A DNA stretch of 64,000 bases from Bacteroidota bacterium (GTDB lineage Bacteria > Bacteroidota > Ignavibacteria > UBA10030 > UBA6906), in NCBI GenBank assembly GCA_020846365.1, contig JADLEA010000197.1:9584-73583 (forward strand), given 5' to 3'. The notes under the pieces are model-generated. The model did not search any database. It worked only from the letters and a program-made list of their open reading frames with translations, and had not been told where the DNA came from. A program made the translations under genes and the position numbers. Below, one piece after another: positions 48,613-58,616 of the stretch; the first letter of the stretch is position 1; the number at the start of each line of letters is the position of its first letter.

Positions 48613-49867
48613 GTGGAAGCGGAGAGAAGGAACGGGTGAAGGCGATGTCAACCGGCGGAACTTCATCGCAAATATCCTGGATGGCGCGCTGTTTGCCTTT
48701 GCCATGAGTTTCGTGTCGGTCCACACGATCCTTCCGATCCTCGTGAAGAACATCGGCGGCGACAATATCGCCGTGGGGCTCGTTCCGGTGGTGTGGGTCG
48801 TCGGGTTCAATGTTCCCCAGGTGTTCGTGGCAGAGCTGACGCAGCGTCAGGCCTTCAAGAAACGCCTTGTGCTGCAGACTGCCATGTGGCAGCGTCTACC
48901 CTGGCTGCTGCTTGCCGGGATCGCGCTCTGGGCGCTGAATTACCTGAGCGCGGGCGTGTCTCTGACGTTGTTCTTCGTCGTTTTCGCTCTGGCAGCCGTT
49001 GGAGGGAGCGTGAATCTTCCGGGTTGGTTTGATCTTGTCGCCAAGCTCACGCCGGTGACGAGGCGGGGGAGGCTCTTCGGGATACGAATGCTGCTGGGCT
49101 CGGTTCTGGGCGTTGTGGGGGGAGGCCTCTCTGCTTTCATCCTCTCTTCGATCGCTTACCCGGAGAACTACGCGGTTCTCTTTCTCGCTGCATTCGCTGC
49201 AATGTTGGCCTCCTACGTTTGCCTCCTCAGCTTGCGTGAGGAGACGCCAAGCAAGCCGTCAGACCGGCAGACTCTTTCGTTCGCAGCGGTGTCCGAAGTT
49301 CTCAGGACTCAAAAGACCTTCCGGACATTTCTCATCGGTGACAGCCTGTTGATCATCTCGACGATGGGAGCGGCGTTTTATGCCGTCGTCGCGTTTCAGC
49401 GGTTTACGCTCTCGGATGCTTATGCGGGGACGTTCACGATGGTGATGATGGCTGCGACGATCGCGGCGAGCGTGGTTCTCGGCATCGCGGCAGACAGGTT
49501 CGGTCACAAGGTCAATCTGCTGGTGTCCTCCGCAGCGGTGCTCATCGGTAGCATAGGAGCGCTCATCTTTGCGACCGTGGAGCTCTATATGTTCGTATTT
49601 GTTTGTGCGGCGATCGCCGTTACGACCTCACAGATCTCCCGCCTGCCATTCCTGGCCGAGATTGCACCGGAGGCCGAGCGGCCCAAGCTCATCGCCATTG
49701 CGAACCTGGTGACGGCCCCGTGGGCGCTCTCATGGATCGGGGCCGGCTGGCTGGCGGATGTTGCAGGATACACGCCGGTCTACGTCCTGGCCGCCCTCTT
49801 TGCCGCCTCGGCATTTGCCTGGATTCACCAGATGGTACACGAGCCGCGCAGGCGTCTCGCGGCATGA
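48605..49867 (+). CDS. MFS transporter
   Basis: About 12 hydrophobic segments; RRGRLFG and GIAADRFGHK motifs; GTG start. Confidence 0.85.
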   Translation: MAEWKRREGTGEGDVNRRNFIANILDGALFAFAMSFVSVHTILPILVKNIGGDNIAVGLVPVVWVVGFNVPQVFVAELTQRQAFKKRLVLQTAMWQRLPWLLLAGIALWALNYLSAGVSLTLFFVVFALAAVGGSVNLPGWFDLVAKLTPVTRRGRLFGIRMLLGSVLGVVGGGLSAFILSSIAYPENYAVLFLAAFAAMLASYVCLLSLREETPSKPSDRQTLSFAAVSEVLRTQKTFRTFLIGDSLLIISTMGAAFYAVVAFQRFTLSDAYAGTFTMVMMAATIAASVVLGIAADRFGHKVNLLVSSAAVLIGSIGALIFATVELYMFVFVCAAIAVTTSQISRLPFLAEIAPEAERPKLIAIANLVTAPWALSWIGAGWLADVAGYTPVYVLAALFAASAFAWIHQMVHEPRRRLAA

Positions 49868-49884
49868 CCCGAAAGGACTCTCTT

Positions 49885-51246
49885 ATGATGCGTCTGTTCG
49901 CATTCTTCTTCATCCTTGGCCTTGCGGTCCCGGCCATTGCCCAACCGGAAGCAGGCCAGTGGCACGGTCCGGAGGAGCGATGGAAAACAGATATCCTCCT
50001 CGTGGTCGCACATCCCGACGACGAAACTGCGGTGGGTGCGTACCTTGCCCGGGCGGTCTTTGATGAAGGCAAAAGCGCGGCGATCGTCTACTGCAACAAA
50101 GGAACCGGAGGCGGAAACTCGCGCGGGGTCGAACAGGCCTCTGCCATGGGCCTGATCAGGGAGATCGAAGCCCGCCGCGCAACGGCGTTCCTGGGGATCG
50201 ACAGGGTCTGGTTTTTGAACGGCCGGGATACGCCCGGTCAGGACGTGATGCGCTCTCTGCAGGAATGGCGGCACGGGGCCTTGCTCGAAGAACTTGTCCG
50301 CATCATCCGGCTCACGCGCCCGGAAGTGATCTTCACCTGGCTCCCGCATTTCGTTGCCGGGGAAAACCATGGGGACCACCAGGCGGCTGGGGTCATCGCC
50401 ACAGAAGCGTTCGACCTGGCGGGAAACCCGACGGCGTTTCCCGCACAGATCACGCCGCCTCGAGAACCACTGGACATCGGCAACGCCACCGAGGGTTTGC
50501 GTCCCTGGCAACCCAAGAAGCTCTACTTCTTCTCCGATGCTTCACATCCTGTCGAAGGGGACGGACCTGCGTTTGATCTGGCGGCGGAGTCTCCGTCGAA
50601 GAATGTGTCGTACCTGGAACTCGGACTGCGCCTCGGGCTGCCCCACGAAACGCAAAGCGACGTGTCGGAGGTGTCGGAGGACGCACTCCGCCAGGAAGAT
50701 CCGAGATCGGTTCCCGGATATCAGCAGCGCTTCCGGCTGCTGTTTGGCAAGTCGGTGATGCGGTGCTCTCCCCGCGGGGATGTGTTCGAAGGCATTCGCT
50801 CCGGTCCCGCGGCATTTGTGCCTCCTCCGGGCTATCAGCTCCCGGATGAGATTCCGGCCCCGCTCACGCTCGGCGGTCCCTTTGCTTTCTACAGGGATTT
50901 CTGGCCTGCCCATGGAATCGAAAGGGTTGCCGATCTGGTGTCTCCCGAAATCGAGGTGAGCGCCGGAAGTTACCTGCACATTCCGCTCCTCCTCTACAAT
51001 CCATCATCGGACACCGCAACCTACAACCTGAAAGGCCGCGTTCCCGAGGGGTGGAGCATCGCAGCCGGGGAGGGGGTTGTCCGCGTACCGCCGCGGGAAC
51101 TCATGCCCGTGCAGGCATTTGTCGATTGCCCCGGCGAGCCCACGCCTGCTCCATCACTCCTCCGATGGGAGGTCCGAAAGGGAAAGGAATCGCTGGGATC
51201 GGTGAGGTTAAACGTCTCTCTTGTTGAATGGGCTTTGCCGCAATGA
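49885..51246 (+). CDS. PIG-L/LmbE family deacetylase, secreted
   Basis: Signal peptide; VAHPDDE, REIEARRA, HGDHQAAG Zn motifs; C-terminal Ig-like domain. Confidence 0.88.
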   Translation: MMRLFAFFFILGLAVPAIAQPEAGQWHGPEERWKTDILLVVAHPDDETAVGAYLARAVFDEGKSAAIVYCNKGTGGGNSRGVEQASAMGLIREIEARRATAFLGIDRVWFLNGRDTPGQDVMRSLQEWRHGALLEELVRIIRLTRPEVIFTWLPHFVAGENHGDHQAAGVIATEAFDLAGNPTAFPAQITPPREPLDIGNATEGLRPWQPKKLYFFSDASHPVEGDGPAFDLAAESPSKNVSYLELGLRLGLPHETQSDVSEVSEDALRQEDPRSVPGYQQRFRLLFGKSVMRCSPRGDVFEGIRSGPAAFVPPPGYQLPDEIPAPLTLGGPFAFYRDFWPAHGIERVADLVSPEIEVSAGSYLHIPLLLYNPSSDTATYNLKGRVPEGWSIAAGEGVVRVPPRELMPVQAFVDCPGEPTPAPSLLRWEVRKGKESLGSVRLNVSLVEWALPQ

Positions 51247-53606
51247 GATCGCATTCGAGATCTTTCGGCGTGCTTGCCTTGCTCCTTCTCTCCGCATGTG
51301 GAGCCGGCACCCTCATCGGTCAGATGATCGATCCTGCCATCGACCGCGCCGACGAGCCGTTCTCGTACTTTAGTCATCCGACGGATGTGATCGGCGTGAT
51401 GGACGGGCAGGAGGCGACGCTGGTAACACCCGAGGGGTATCTCTATACGGGCTTTGGTGAGCTGATGTTCTTCGCGGGAAATCCCTTGGCCCCCATTGCC
51501 CAGAGAGTGAAGACTCTCGAGAAAGGATACCTGCCCATCCTCCGCTATGCGTACGCGTGCGACGGGATTCGATACGAAGCCTGCATGTTTGCAGCGACGC
51601 TGGATGGCAGGCCCGAGAGCCCATTGATGAACTTCATACGGTTTACGGTGATCAACCAGACTCCTCATCGCCGGCGGGCGTTCTTTGCAGCCGCGGTACG
51701 GCATCAGAACGAGGAAAACACGGACTGGGGGTTTGGCGACCACCGCTTCGCCCGCCCCGTGAAAACCGGCGTGCTCGGCGGACACGAACAGGCCGGCGTG
51801 GCGTTCAGCCCTGAGTGGGTCTATACGTTTCAGAACGATGCGTTCATCAGGGACGGCAAAGTGATGTACCTTTTCCCCCGGAACCCGTCTCCCTCCAGGA
51901 TGATGACGCTCAGGAACGGCGGGAACGAAATTCCTCCGACAGGCCCGCAGCAGATACCGTGTCTACCTTCAACTCCAGTGGGTGTCGTGGCATACGATCC
52001 GGTGCTCTCGCCCGGAGAGCACGTGGAGTTCATCTTCAAGATGCCGTATGCGCCTATTGATTCTTCCGACCGCCTCGCCGGAGAACTCCGGTATGCGACG
52101 TTCGGCGAGTACCATAAGCGCACGGTGGAATTCTGGGAAGACCTTCTCGCGCCCGGATTGGAGATCACGCTTCCTGAACCAAAGGTGATAGAGACGTTCA
52201 AGGCGAATCTGGTGTATTCTCTAATTGCCAGAAACAAGCAGGAGGGACACTTGATCCAGAAGGTCAATGAGTTTCAATACGATGCCTTTTGGATCCGGGA
52301 CGCGTCATACTTCATCCGCATGTACGATCTCTCCGGCTATCACACGATTGCGGGGGAGTGCCTGGCGTTCCTGTTGCGGTGGCAGAAGGAGGATGGGAAC
52401 TTCCTCTCACAGGGGGGGCAATTTGACGGTTGGGGACAGGCGCTTTGGGCGTACGGACAGCATGTTCGCATCACGCGCGACACCGCGTTTGCGGCCGCGG
52501 TGTATCCGGCGATGCGCCGCGCGTTTCAATGGCTTCAGACTGCCCGGCAGGGGGATCCCTACCGGCTCATCCCCACTACGACGCCTGGCGATAATGAAGA
52601 CATCACCGGGCATGTCACCGGCCACAATTTCTGGGCATTAGCCGGACTCAGGAACCTGATTTCCGTGGCGCGGGACCTCGGGAAACAGGAGGATGTGATC
52701 GAATTTTCCTCCGAATACCAGGACCTTCGTTCAGCCCTGCTCGAACGCTTGAAACTCCTGGCGCCTCTCACCGGTGGGGCCATCCCTCCGGGGCTCGATT
52801 CCCCCGGAGGACAGGACTGGGGGAACATGATGTCGGTCTACCCCGAGCAGATTCTGGATCCATTCGATTCGCTCGTCACTGCTACGCTTGAGGCGACGCG
52901 GAAGAAGTATCAGGAAGGCATTATGACGTATGGCTCCGGGAGATATCTTCATCATTATCTTACCATGAAGAACACCGAAACGGAGGTCATACGGGGAGAT
53001 CAAGAAACCGCCCTGGAGGAGTTCTACGCGGTCCTGCTTCACACGAGTTCGACACACACCGGGTTCGAGTTCTATGTCCTGCCGTGGGGCACGAGGGATT
53101 TCGGGATGAATCTCGCCCCCCACGGGTGGTTCTCGGCGAAGTTCAGGGCGTTGATGCGCAACATGCTCATTCGCGAAGAGGAGAACACGCTCCACCTGTT
53201 TTCCGTGCTTTCGCCGGCATGGATTGAGCCGGGGAAGGTCGTCGCGGTGCGGAAGGCGCCTACCACGTTTGGGACCGTGCATGCCGAACTGGCGTGCGGT
53301 CCGGGAAATGCAACGTTAACCTTGGAACCCTCCTGGCAACACGAGCCAGACGCGATCGTCATCCATGTGCCGTGGTTCATGCAGGTGGATGGCGTGAGCG
53401 CGCCGGTGGCTGACGGCGGAACCGCTGTGCTCCGTGGCGACCGGATCATTTGCGGTCCGGGAGTCAGCCGGATCGATATCGCGTGGTCCCCTTTGCCACA
53501 GCCCGCGCAGCATAGCTTTACCGCGACAGTGGAGAAGTACAAGGCAGAGTACCGCGAACGTTACGATGCATGGATGTCGGGAAGCGAACGGGGGAGTGAA
53601 CAATGA
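51243..53606 (+). CDS. Exported (possibly lipoprotein) six-hairpin (alpha/alpha)6 glycosidase-like protein
   Basis: LSAC lipobox-like; QYDAFWIRDASY, GQFDGWGQALW, HNFWALAGL, APHGW; family not assignable. Confidence 0.6.
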   Translation: MRSHSRSFGVLALLLLSACGAGTLIGQMIDPAIDRADEPFSYFSHPTDVIGVMDGQEATLVTPEGYLYTGFGELMFFAGNPLAPIAQRVKTLEKGYLPILRYAYACDGIRYEACMFAATLDGRPESPLMNFIRFTVINQTPHRRRAFFAAAVRHQNEENTDWGFGDHRFARPVKTGVLGGHEQAGVAFSPEWVYTFQNDAFIRDGKVMYLFPRNPSPSRMMTLRNGGNEIPPTGPQQIPCLPSTPVGVVAYDPVLSPGEHVEFIFKMPYAPIDSSDRLAGELRYATFGEYHKRTVEFWEDLLAPGLEITLPEPKVIETFKANLVYSLIARNKQEGHLIQKVNEFQYDAFWIRDASYFIRMYDLSGYHTIAGECLAFLLRWQKEDGNFLSQGGQFDGWGQALWAYGQHVRITRDTAFAAAVYPAMRRAFQWLQTARQGDPYRLIPTTTPGDNEDITGHVTGHNFWALAGLRNLISVARDLGKQEDVIEFSSEYQDLRSALLERLKLLAPLTGGAIPPGLDSPGGQDWGNMMSVYPEQILDPFDSLVTATLEATRKKYQEGIMTYGSGRYLHHYLTMKNTETEVIRGDQETALEEFYAVLLHTSSTHTGFEFYVLPWGTRDFGMNLAPHGWFSAKFRALMRNMLIREEENTLHLFSVLSPAWIEPGKVVAVRKAPTTFGTVHAELACGPGNATLTLEPSWQHEPDAIVIHVPWFMQVDGVSAPVADGGTAVLRGDRIICGPGVSRIDIAWSPLPQPAQHSFTATVEKYKAEYRERYDAWMSGSERGSEQ

Positions 53607-53628
53607 TCAATGGGCAATGGATAATGGA
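53601..53628 (+). repeat. Four imperfect heptamer tandem repeats
   Basis: CAATGAT CAATGGG CAATGGA TAATGGA. Confidence 0.6.
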
Positions 53629-53652
53629 AAACATGAAGGACAAACAGACCCT

Positions 53653-55332
53653 ATGACCCGGATTACGAGACGGCGGTTTCTCACATCGGCGGCTTTCGCG
53701 GGTCTTGGTGCCGCGGTCGGCTCCGCGTCGGCCTTCCCCTCTCCCTCGATTCTGACACGCCCACGGACTATCCGCTCGACCGCTGCGGGGAATCTCGAGT
53801 TTCGTCCGTATCCGGTTCAAAGGGCCCGCGGACCTCACCTGCTCGATTGGGCATATGCGAGTGATGTGCGAGGTGACGCCTTTCACTCCAACATCACCGC
53901 ATCGGCGGCAGGCGTGACAATTTCCGATACAGAAGGGAAAGACGAGTTTGCGGTCGAGGTGCGGTGGAATGTGGAAGGGTTTGGCTATCTGTTCCTCACG
54001 GCGGACAATGGCGGGGAGTTCTACCGGCTTCCGCATGCGGGAAGAACCACGACGCTGCACCTTGGATTTGAACTGGCACGTAGCAGGGTCTCGCGCAATC
54101 AGCGCCGTTTGCGTCACCACACGGCCCACGGCTACCAGCCGTCGCGTGAGACCCGTGCCCTCTTGGACCTGTCCGAAGGCCTGCTGGAGGAGGCAACGAA
54201 GAGCCGGGGAGATGCCGAACGATGCGCAGCGATCTCCCAAAGGGCGCTGTTGCATGCCCTTCATGCCAGCGAACTGCTGGAACTGGAGAAATGTCGCCAC
54301 GATATCGGAATGCAAAATCCGCGAAAGGAATTCCTCTTCGGTTGCGATGCCCGGGCGTTCTACGAAATGGACAAGGATCACTTCCTCGAGCTCTTCAGCC
54401 GCGCGTTCAACTACGCGACCATCACGCACGTATGGACAGACTCGGACAACCTTGAGGACTTTGAGCCGGCAGAAGGCCAGTTCCAGTTTGGTATGCGCGA
54501 TCTGATGCTGGGCGAGCTCCGCCGCAAAGGGATCACGGTGGAAGGAAGGCCGCTCTTCTGGTTTCACACGTGGGTGACCCCCGGGTGGCTCAAGACCAAA
54601 TCCTATGACCAGCTGCTCTCCTATGTAGAGCGGACGACCCGGCAGGTGGTGCAGCACTACGGCGACTCGATGTATGCCTGGGAGATCGTGAATGAACTCC
54701 ACGATTGGGCCAACGAGTGCGGCCTCAGGCCCGAACAGACCGTCGAGCTCACCCGGTTGGCATGCGACGTTGCCAAAGCTGTCGCGCCGAACGTGCACCG
54801 GCTAGTGAACAATTGTTGTCCGTTCGCCGAATACGTCCAGCTCGGCAAATGGTCCGGACAACCGGCCCTCTATCCACAACGAACCCCCTGGCAGTTTACG
54901 CGGGATCTGGTGGATGCGGGCGTGGACTTTACCTTGCTGGGCCAGCAGATGTACTTCCCTTATCGGGATATTCAGGATATCGCTCTCTCCCTTGAACGTC
55001 TGGAACAGTTCAAGAGGCCGGTGCAGATCTCCGAAATAGGCGCGCCTGGAGGGCCGACAGAGTACTCGATCAAGCTCGGGAAGTACTCCTGGCCGAAAGA
55101 ACCTTATGCGTGGCGCAGACACTGGGATGAGGAACTGCAGGCCGATTGGCTGGAGGGAGTGTTTACCGTCGCCTACAGCAAATCGTGGATCGAGGCGGCC
55201 AACTGGTTCGACTTTGTTGATCCCTACCACTACATCGAAAACGGGGGGCTTCTGCGGTCGCCAAAGGGAGAGACCAAGGCCGCCTACGACCGCCTCCTGG
55301 CGCTCAGGGAAAAATGGAACCGCCGGGTGTGA
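53653..55332 (+). CDS. GH10-like glycoside hydrolase 1, Tat signal
   Basis: TRRRFL Tat motif; VEGRPLFW, WEIVNE (acid/base), VQISEIG (nucleophile). Confidence 0.8.
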   Translation: MTRITRRRFLTSAAFAGLGAAVGSASAFPSPSILTRPRTIRSTAAGNLEFRPYPVQRARGPHLLDWAYASDVRGDAFHSNITASAAGVTISDTEGKDEFAVEVRWNVEGFGYLFLTADNGGEFYRLPHAGRTTTLHLGFELARSRVSRNQRRLRHHTAHGYQPSRETRALLDLSEGLLEEATKSRGDAERCAAISQRALLHALHASELLELEKCRHDIGMQNPRKEFLFGCDARAFYEMDKDHFLELFSRAFNYATITHVWTDSDNLEDFEPAEGQFQFGMRDLMLGELRRKGITVEGRPLFWFHTWVTPGWLKTKSYDQLLSYVERTTRQVVQHYGDSMYAWEIVNELHDWANECGLRPEQTVELTRLACDVAKAVAPNVHRLVNNCCPFAEYVQLGKWSGQPALYPQRTPWQFTRDLVDAGVDFTLLGQQMYFPYRDIQDIALSLERLEQFKRPVQISEIGAPGGPTEYSIKLGKYSWPKEPYAWRRHWDEELQADWLEGVFTVAYSKSWIEAANWFDFVDPYHYIENGGLLRSPKGETKAAYDRLLALREKWNRRV

Positions 55333-55359
55333 TTTGAAAAACGATCGGAGACTCAAGAT

Positions 55360-56949
55360 ATGACGTCAACGCAACGCGGTGAACTTGTTTTTGTCCCCAC
55401 CTTCGTTCAGAGCGGACGAGGACCACACCTTCTTGATTGGGCGTATGCCTCGGACACGCACTGGGACGCTTTCCATTCGAACATTGCCGTTACGAAGGAA
55501 GGGGTGGCCATTTCGGACACGGAAGGGAGGGAGAAGTTCGGCATTGACGTCCGCTGGAATGTCGAGGGCTTCGGATATCTCTATATTACCGCGGACAACG
55601 CGGGTGAATACTACACGCTTCCTCCGCCGGGCGAGACACGGAAGCTCAGTCTGAATGTTGAGCTTGCCCGGAGCCGGGTGACGCGCAACAAACGGCGCCT
55701 CGCGCTCCATCAAACGGACGGTTGGCTGCCGTCGCGCGAAACACGAACATTTGTAGATCTCTCCGAAGGATTGTTGCAGGGCGGCATGAACATTCGCGGA
55801 GACGAAACGAGACGCGCGGATCTCGCCCAACAGGCGCTCCGGTATGCGATGTGGGCAGGCGAGATGATTGAGCTGGAGAAGGCACGCGCGACCATCCTTC
55901 GCCAGGGACGCCGCGATCGGTTCTTCACGGGATGTGACGCCCGGGGGTACTATCAAATGGACGTGGAATTGTTCCTTAAGAACTTCACAGAGCTCTTCGA
56001 CTACGCCACCATCACGCACTACCTCATCGCCGGGGTGTTCGAGGATTTCGAGCCGGAAGAGGGGAATAAGCAGTACGGCCTCCGAGATGTCCTGTTCAAG
56101 GAACTCCGGAAACGAAACATCGTCGTGGAAGGAAGGCCGCTCTGGTGGTCGTACCGCACGACAACGCCCGACTGGCTCCGGCGGAAATCCTATGACGAGG
56201 TGCGGAAGTACGTCGAGCAGCATGTCCGGGAGGTGGTGGGCCACTATGGCGACGGCATGTATGCTTGGGAAGTGGTCAACGAATTCCATGACTGGGCGAA
56301 CGAATGCCAGTTGACGCCCGACCAGATCATCGAAGTCACGCGGCTGGCCTGTGACGTCGCCCGGGATACCAATCCCAAAGTCCACCGGCTCATAAACAAC
56401 TGCTGCCCCTTTGCGGAATATGTGCAGCTCAAGAAGTGGACGGAACTGGATGCAAAGTACCCGCAACGAACCCCATGGCAGTTCATGAAGGCCCTGACTG
56501 ACGCGGGGGTGGACTACACGATTGCCGGACAGCAAATGTACTTTCCGTACCGGGATATGGCAGACACGATCATTCTGGTCGACCGGCTGGAGCAGTTCGG
56601 GCGACCGGTGCAACTCACGGAGGTGGGGGCTTCGGCGGGACCTTCTCCGGAATCGCTGCAGTCGGGAAAACTTCCGCTGTCCTTCGAGCCGTATCAGTGG
56701 CACCGCCCCTGGGACGAAGAGCTTCAGGCCGACTGGATGGAGCAGCTCTACACGCTTGCGTATGCGCGCCCGTTCATTGAGGCAGTGAACTGGTATGACT
56801 TCGTCGACCCGTTCTCCTGGATCCCGAATGGCGGCTTCCTCCGTTCGCCCAAAGGGGAACCGAGGGCTATCGTGGACCGCCTGCTCAAACTCCAGGCCGA
56901 ATGGAAGGCCCTGCCTCCGGCAGGTCAGACGCAGGGAAAACGGAAATGA
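55360..56949 (+). CDS. GH10-like glycoside hydrolase 2, no signal peptide
   Basis: VEGRPLWW, WEVVNE, VQLTEVG; paralog of its neighbours. Confidence 0.8.
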   Translation: MTSTQRGELVFVPTFVQSGRGPHLLDWAYASDTHWDAFHSNIAVTKEGVAISDTEGREKFGIDVRWNVEGFGYLYITADNAGEYYTLPPPGETRKLSLNVELARSRVTRNKRRLALHQTDGWLPSRETRTFVDLSEGLLQGGMNIRGDETRRADLAQQALRYAMWAGEMIELEKARATILRQGRRDRFFTGCDARGYYQMDVELFLKNFTELFDYATITHYLIAGVFEDFEPEEGNKQYGLRDVLFKELRKRNIVVEGRPLWWSYRTTTPDWLRRKSYDEVRKYVEQHVREVVGHYGDGMYAWEVVNEFHDWANECQLTPDQIIEVTRLACDVARDTNPKVHRLINNCCPFAEYVQLKKWTELDAKYPQRTPWQFMKALTDAGVDYTIAGQQMYFPYRDMADTIILVDRLEQFGRPVQLTEVGASAGPSPESLQSGKLPLSFEPYQWHRPWDEELQADWMEQLYTLAYARPFIEAVNWYDFVDPFSWIPNGGFLRSPKGEPRAIVDRLLKLQAEWKALPPAGQTQGKRK

Positions 56950-56956
56950 GGACCCC

Positions 56957-58606
56957 ATGAGCAGATTGACCCGCCGAACATTTCTGCAATCGGGCGCAAC
57001 AGTTGCCGCAGCCGCTGTCGGGGCGCCCCTGTTCACCCCGTTGCGGCCTTTGTTTGCAGGGACGTCGGAGGATATGCTCTTCCGCGTGCACACCGATTCG
57101 ACCGCCCCGGCACCCGACTTCGTCTATGCGACGGACGATCTCGAGGATCCGTTCCGCTCGGCGATCCGGCTCACCAGAGATGGCGTTGTCGTTCCGCAGG
57201 AATTCGGCGACCGGCGCTTTTCGGTGCATACCCGCTGGTACGTGAAGGATTTTGGTTGGGTATGGCTTGCGGCGGACAACGCCGGCGAGCTTTACAGCCG
57301 TTCGGATCTTCCTTCAGGACGGACGCTTGACCTGAATGTGGAGTTTGCCCGCAGTCGTGTGTCACGGAACCGGGACGTGCGCAAGCGGTACGAACAGGAC
57401 GGGACAGTCTTCTCTCCCGAGGTGATCAACCTGACGGAGGCCTCGGAGGAGCTTCTTGCGTCCTGCCTGAAGGCAGAGGGGAGAGGAGACAAGGCGTTGC
57501 GGTCCGCCGACCGGGCTCTGGCGAACGCCATGTGGGCAGGGGAAAAGATTGAACTGGAACGCGCTCAGGATATCATCGCGAGACGTAAGCGGGCAGACAG
57601 AGTCTGGTTCGGCTGCGAAACCCGCCAGTTCATCTGGGGGAAATCGGAAGACACCATCAACAGGTTCATGGAGCTGTTCAATTTCGCCACCGTCACACAC
57701 TACGTTTGGGACACCTGGTACGAGCTGTTCGAGCCGAAGGAGGGATACTACAACTGGGGGATCAAAGACAATATCGTACACTGGCTCTCTCAACACGGCA
57801 TTACCCTTGAAGGCCGGCCGCTGTACTGGCCACACCCCAGCGTAACACCCGATTGGCTGACGCAGAAAGACTTCGACGGCGTCAGGAAGTACCTTGACCG
57901 CCATGTGCGTGACCTGGTGCTGCACTATGGGGACAAGGTCTTGCAGTGGGAAGTTGTAAATGAAATGCACGACTGGGCGAATGTGCATCATTTTTCGCCC
58001 GACCAGATCACGCAACTGGTCCGGCTCGCATGTGACACGACGCGTGCAACACATCCCGGTGTCGTACGGATCATCAACAACTGCTGCCCCTTCGCGGAAT
58101 ATGTTGCCCGCGGGCGTCAGTCGAGGGCTGATGCAAAACGCCCGTTGCGGTCCCCACGGAGGTTCGTGCAGGACCTTCTGGATGCAGGCGTGGAGTTCGA
58201 CGTTCTCGGGATCCAGATCTACTTTCCTCAGCGCGACCTGTCGGATATCGTCCGCCTGCTCGAGCGGTTCGAGAAGTTCAAGAAGCCCTTGTACATTACG
58301 GAGATCGGAGCGAGTTCGAACCTCCACGCTCCTTCCGCCACCGGCGCCGTGACGGGAAACCCCGCGGACCCGTATGGCTGGCACCGACATTGGGATGAGG
58401 GTCTTCAGGCGGACTGGCTGGAGCAAGTGTACACGCTGTACTATAGCCGTCCTTCGGTGAAGGCGATTAACTGGTATGACTTCTCTGATTTTCGACCCTT
58501 TATCATCAATGGGGGGTTGGTCCGTGAGGATGCGACCACCAAGCAGTCGTATCACCGGCTGAAGCAGCTCCTCGCATCATGGGGTGCACTTCCGCCTCAA
58601 CTTTGA
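56957..58606 (+). CDS. GH10-like glycoside hydrolase 3, Tat signal
   Basis: TRRTFL Tat motif; LEGRPLYW, WEVVNE, LYITEIG. Confidence 0.8.
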   Translation: MSRLTRRTFLQSGATVAAAAVGAPLFTPLRPLFAGTSEDMLFRVHTDSTAPAPDFVYATDDLEDPFRSAIRLTRDGVVVPQEFGDRRFSVHTRWYVKDFGWVWLAADNAGELYSRSDLPSGRTLDLNVEFARSRVSRNRDVRKRYEQDGTVFSPEVINLTEASEELLASCLKAEGRGDKALRSADRALANAMWAGEKIELERAQDIIARRKRADRVWFGCETRQFIWGKSEDTINRFMELFNFATVTHYVWDTWYELFEPKEGYYNWGIKDNIVHWLSQHGITLEGRPLYWPHPSVTPDWLTQKDFDGVRKYLDRHVRDLVLHYGDKVLQWEVVNEMHDWANVHHFSPDQITQLVRLACDTTRATHPGVVRIINNCCPFAEYVARGRQSRADAKRPLRSPRRFVQDLLDAGVEFDVLGIQIYFPQRDLSDIVRLLERFEKFKKPLYITEIGASSNLHAPSATGAVTGNPADPYGWHRHWDEGLQADWLEQVYTLYYSRPSVKAINWYDFSDFRPFIINGGLVREDATTKQSYHRLKQLLASWGALPPQL

Positions 58607-58616
58607 AAGGGTGTGC

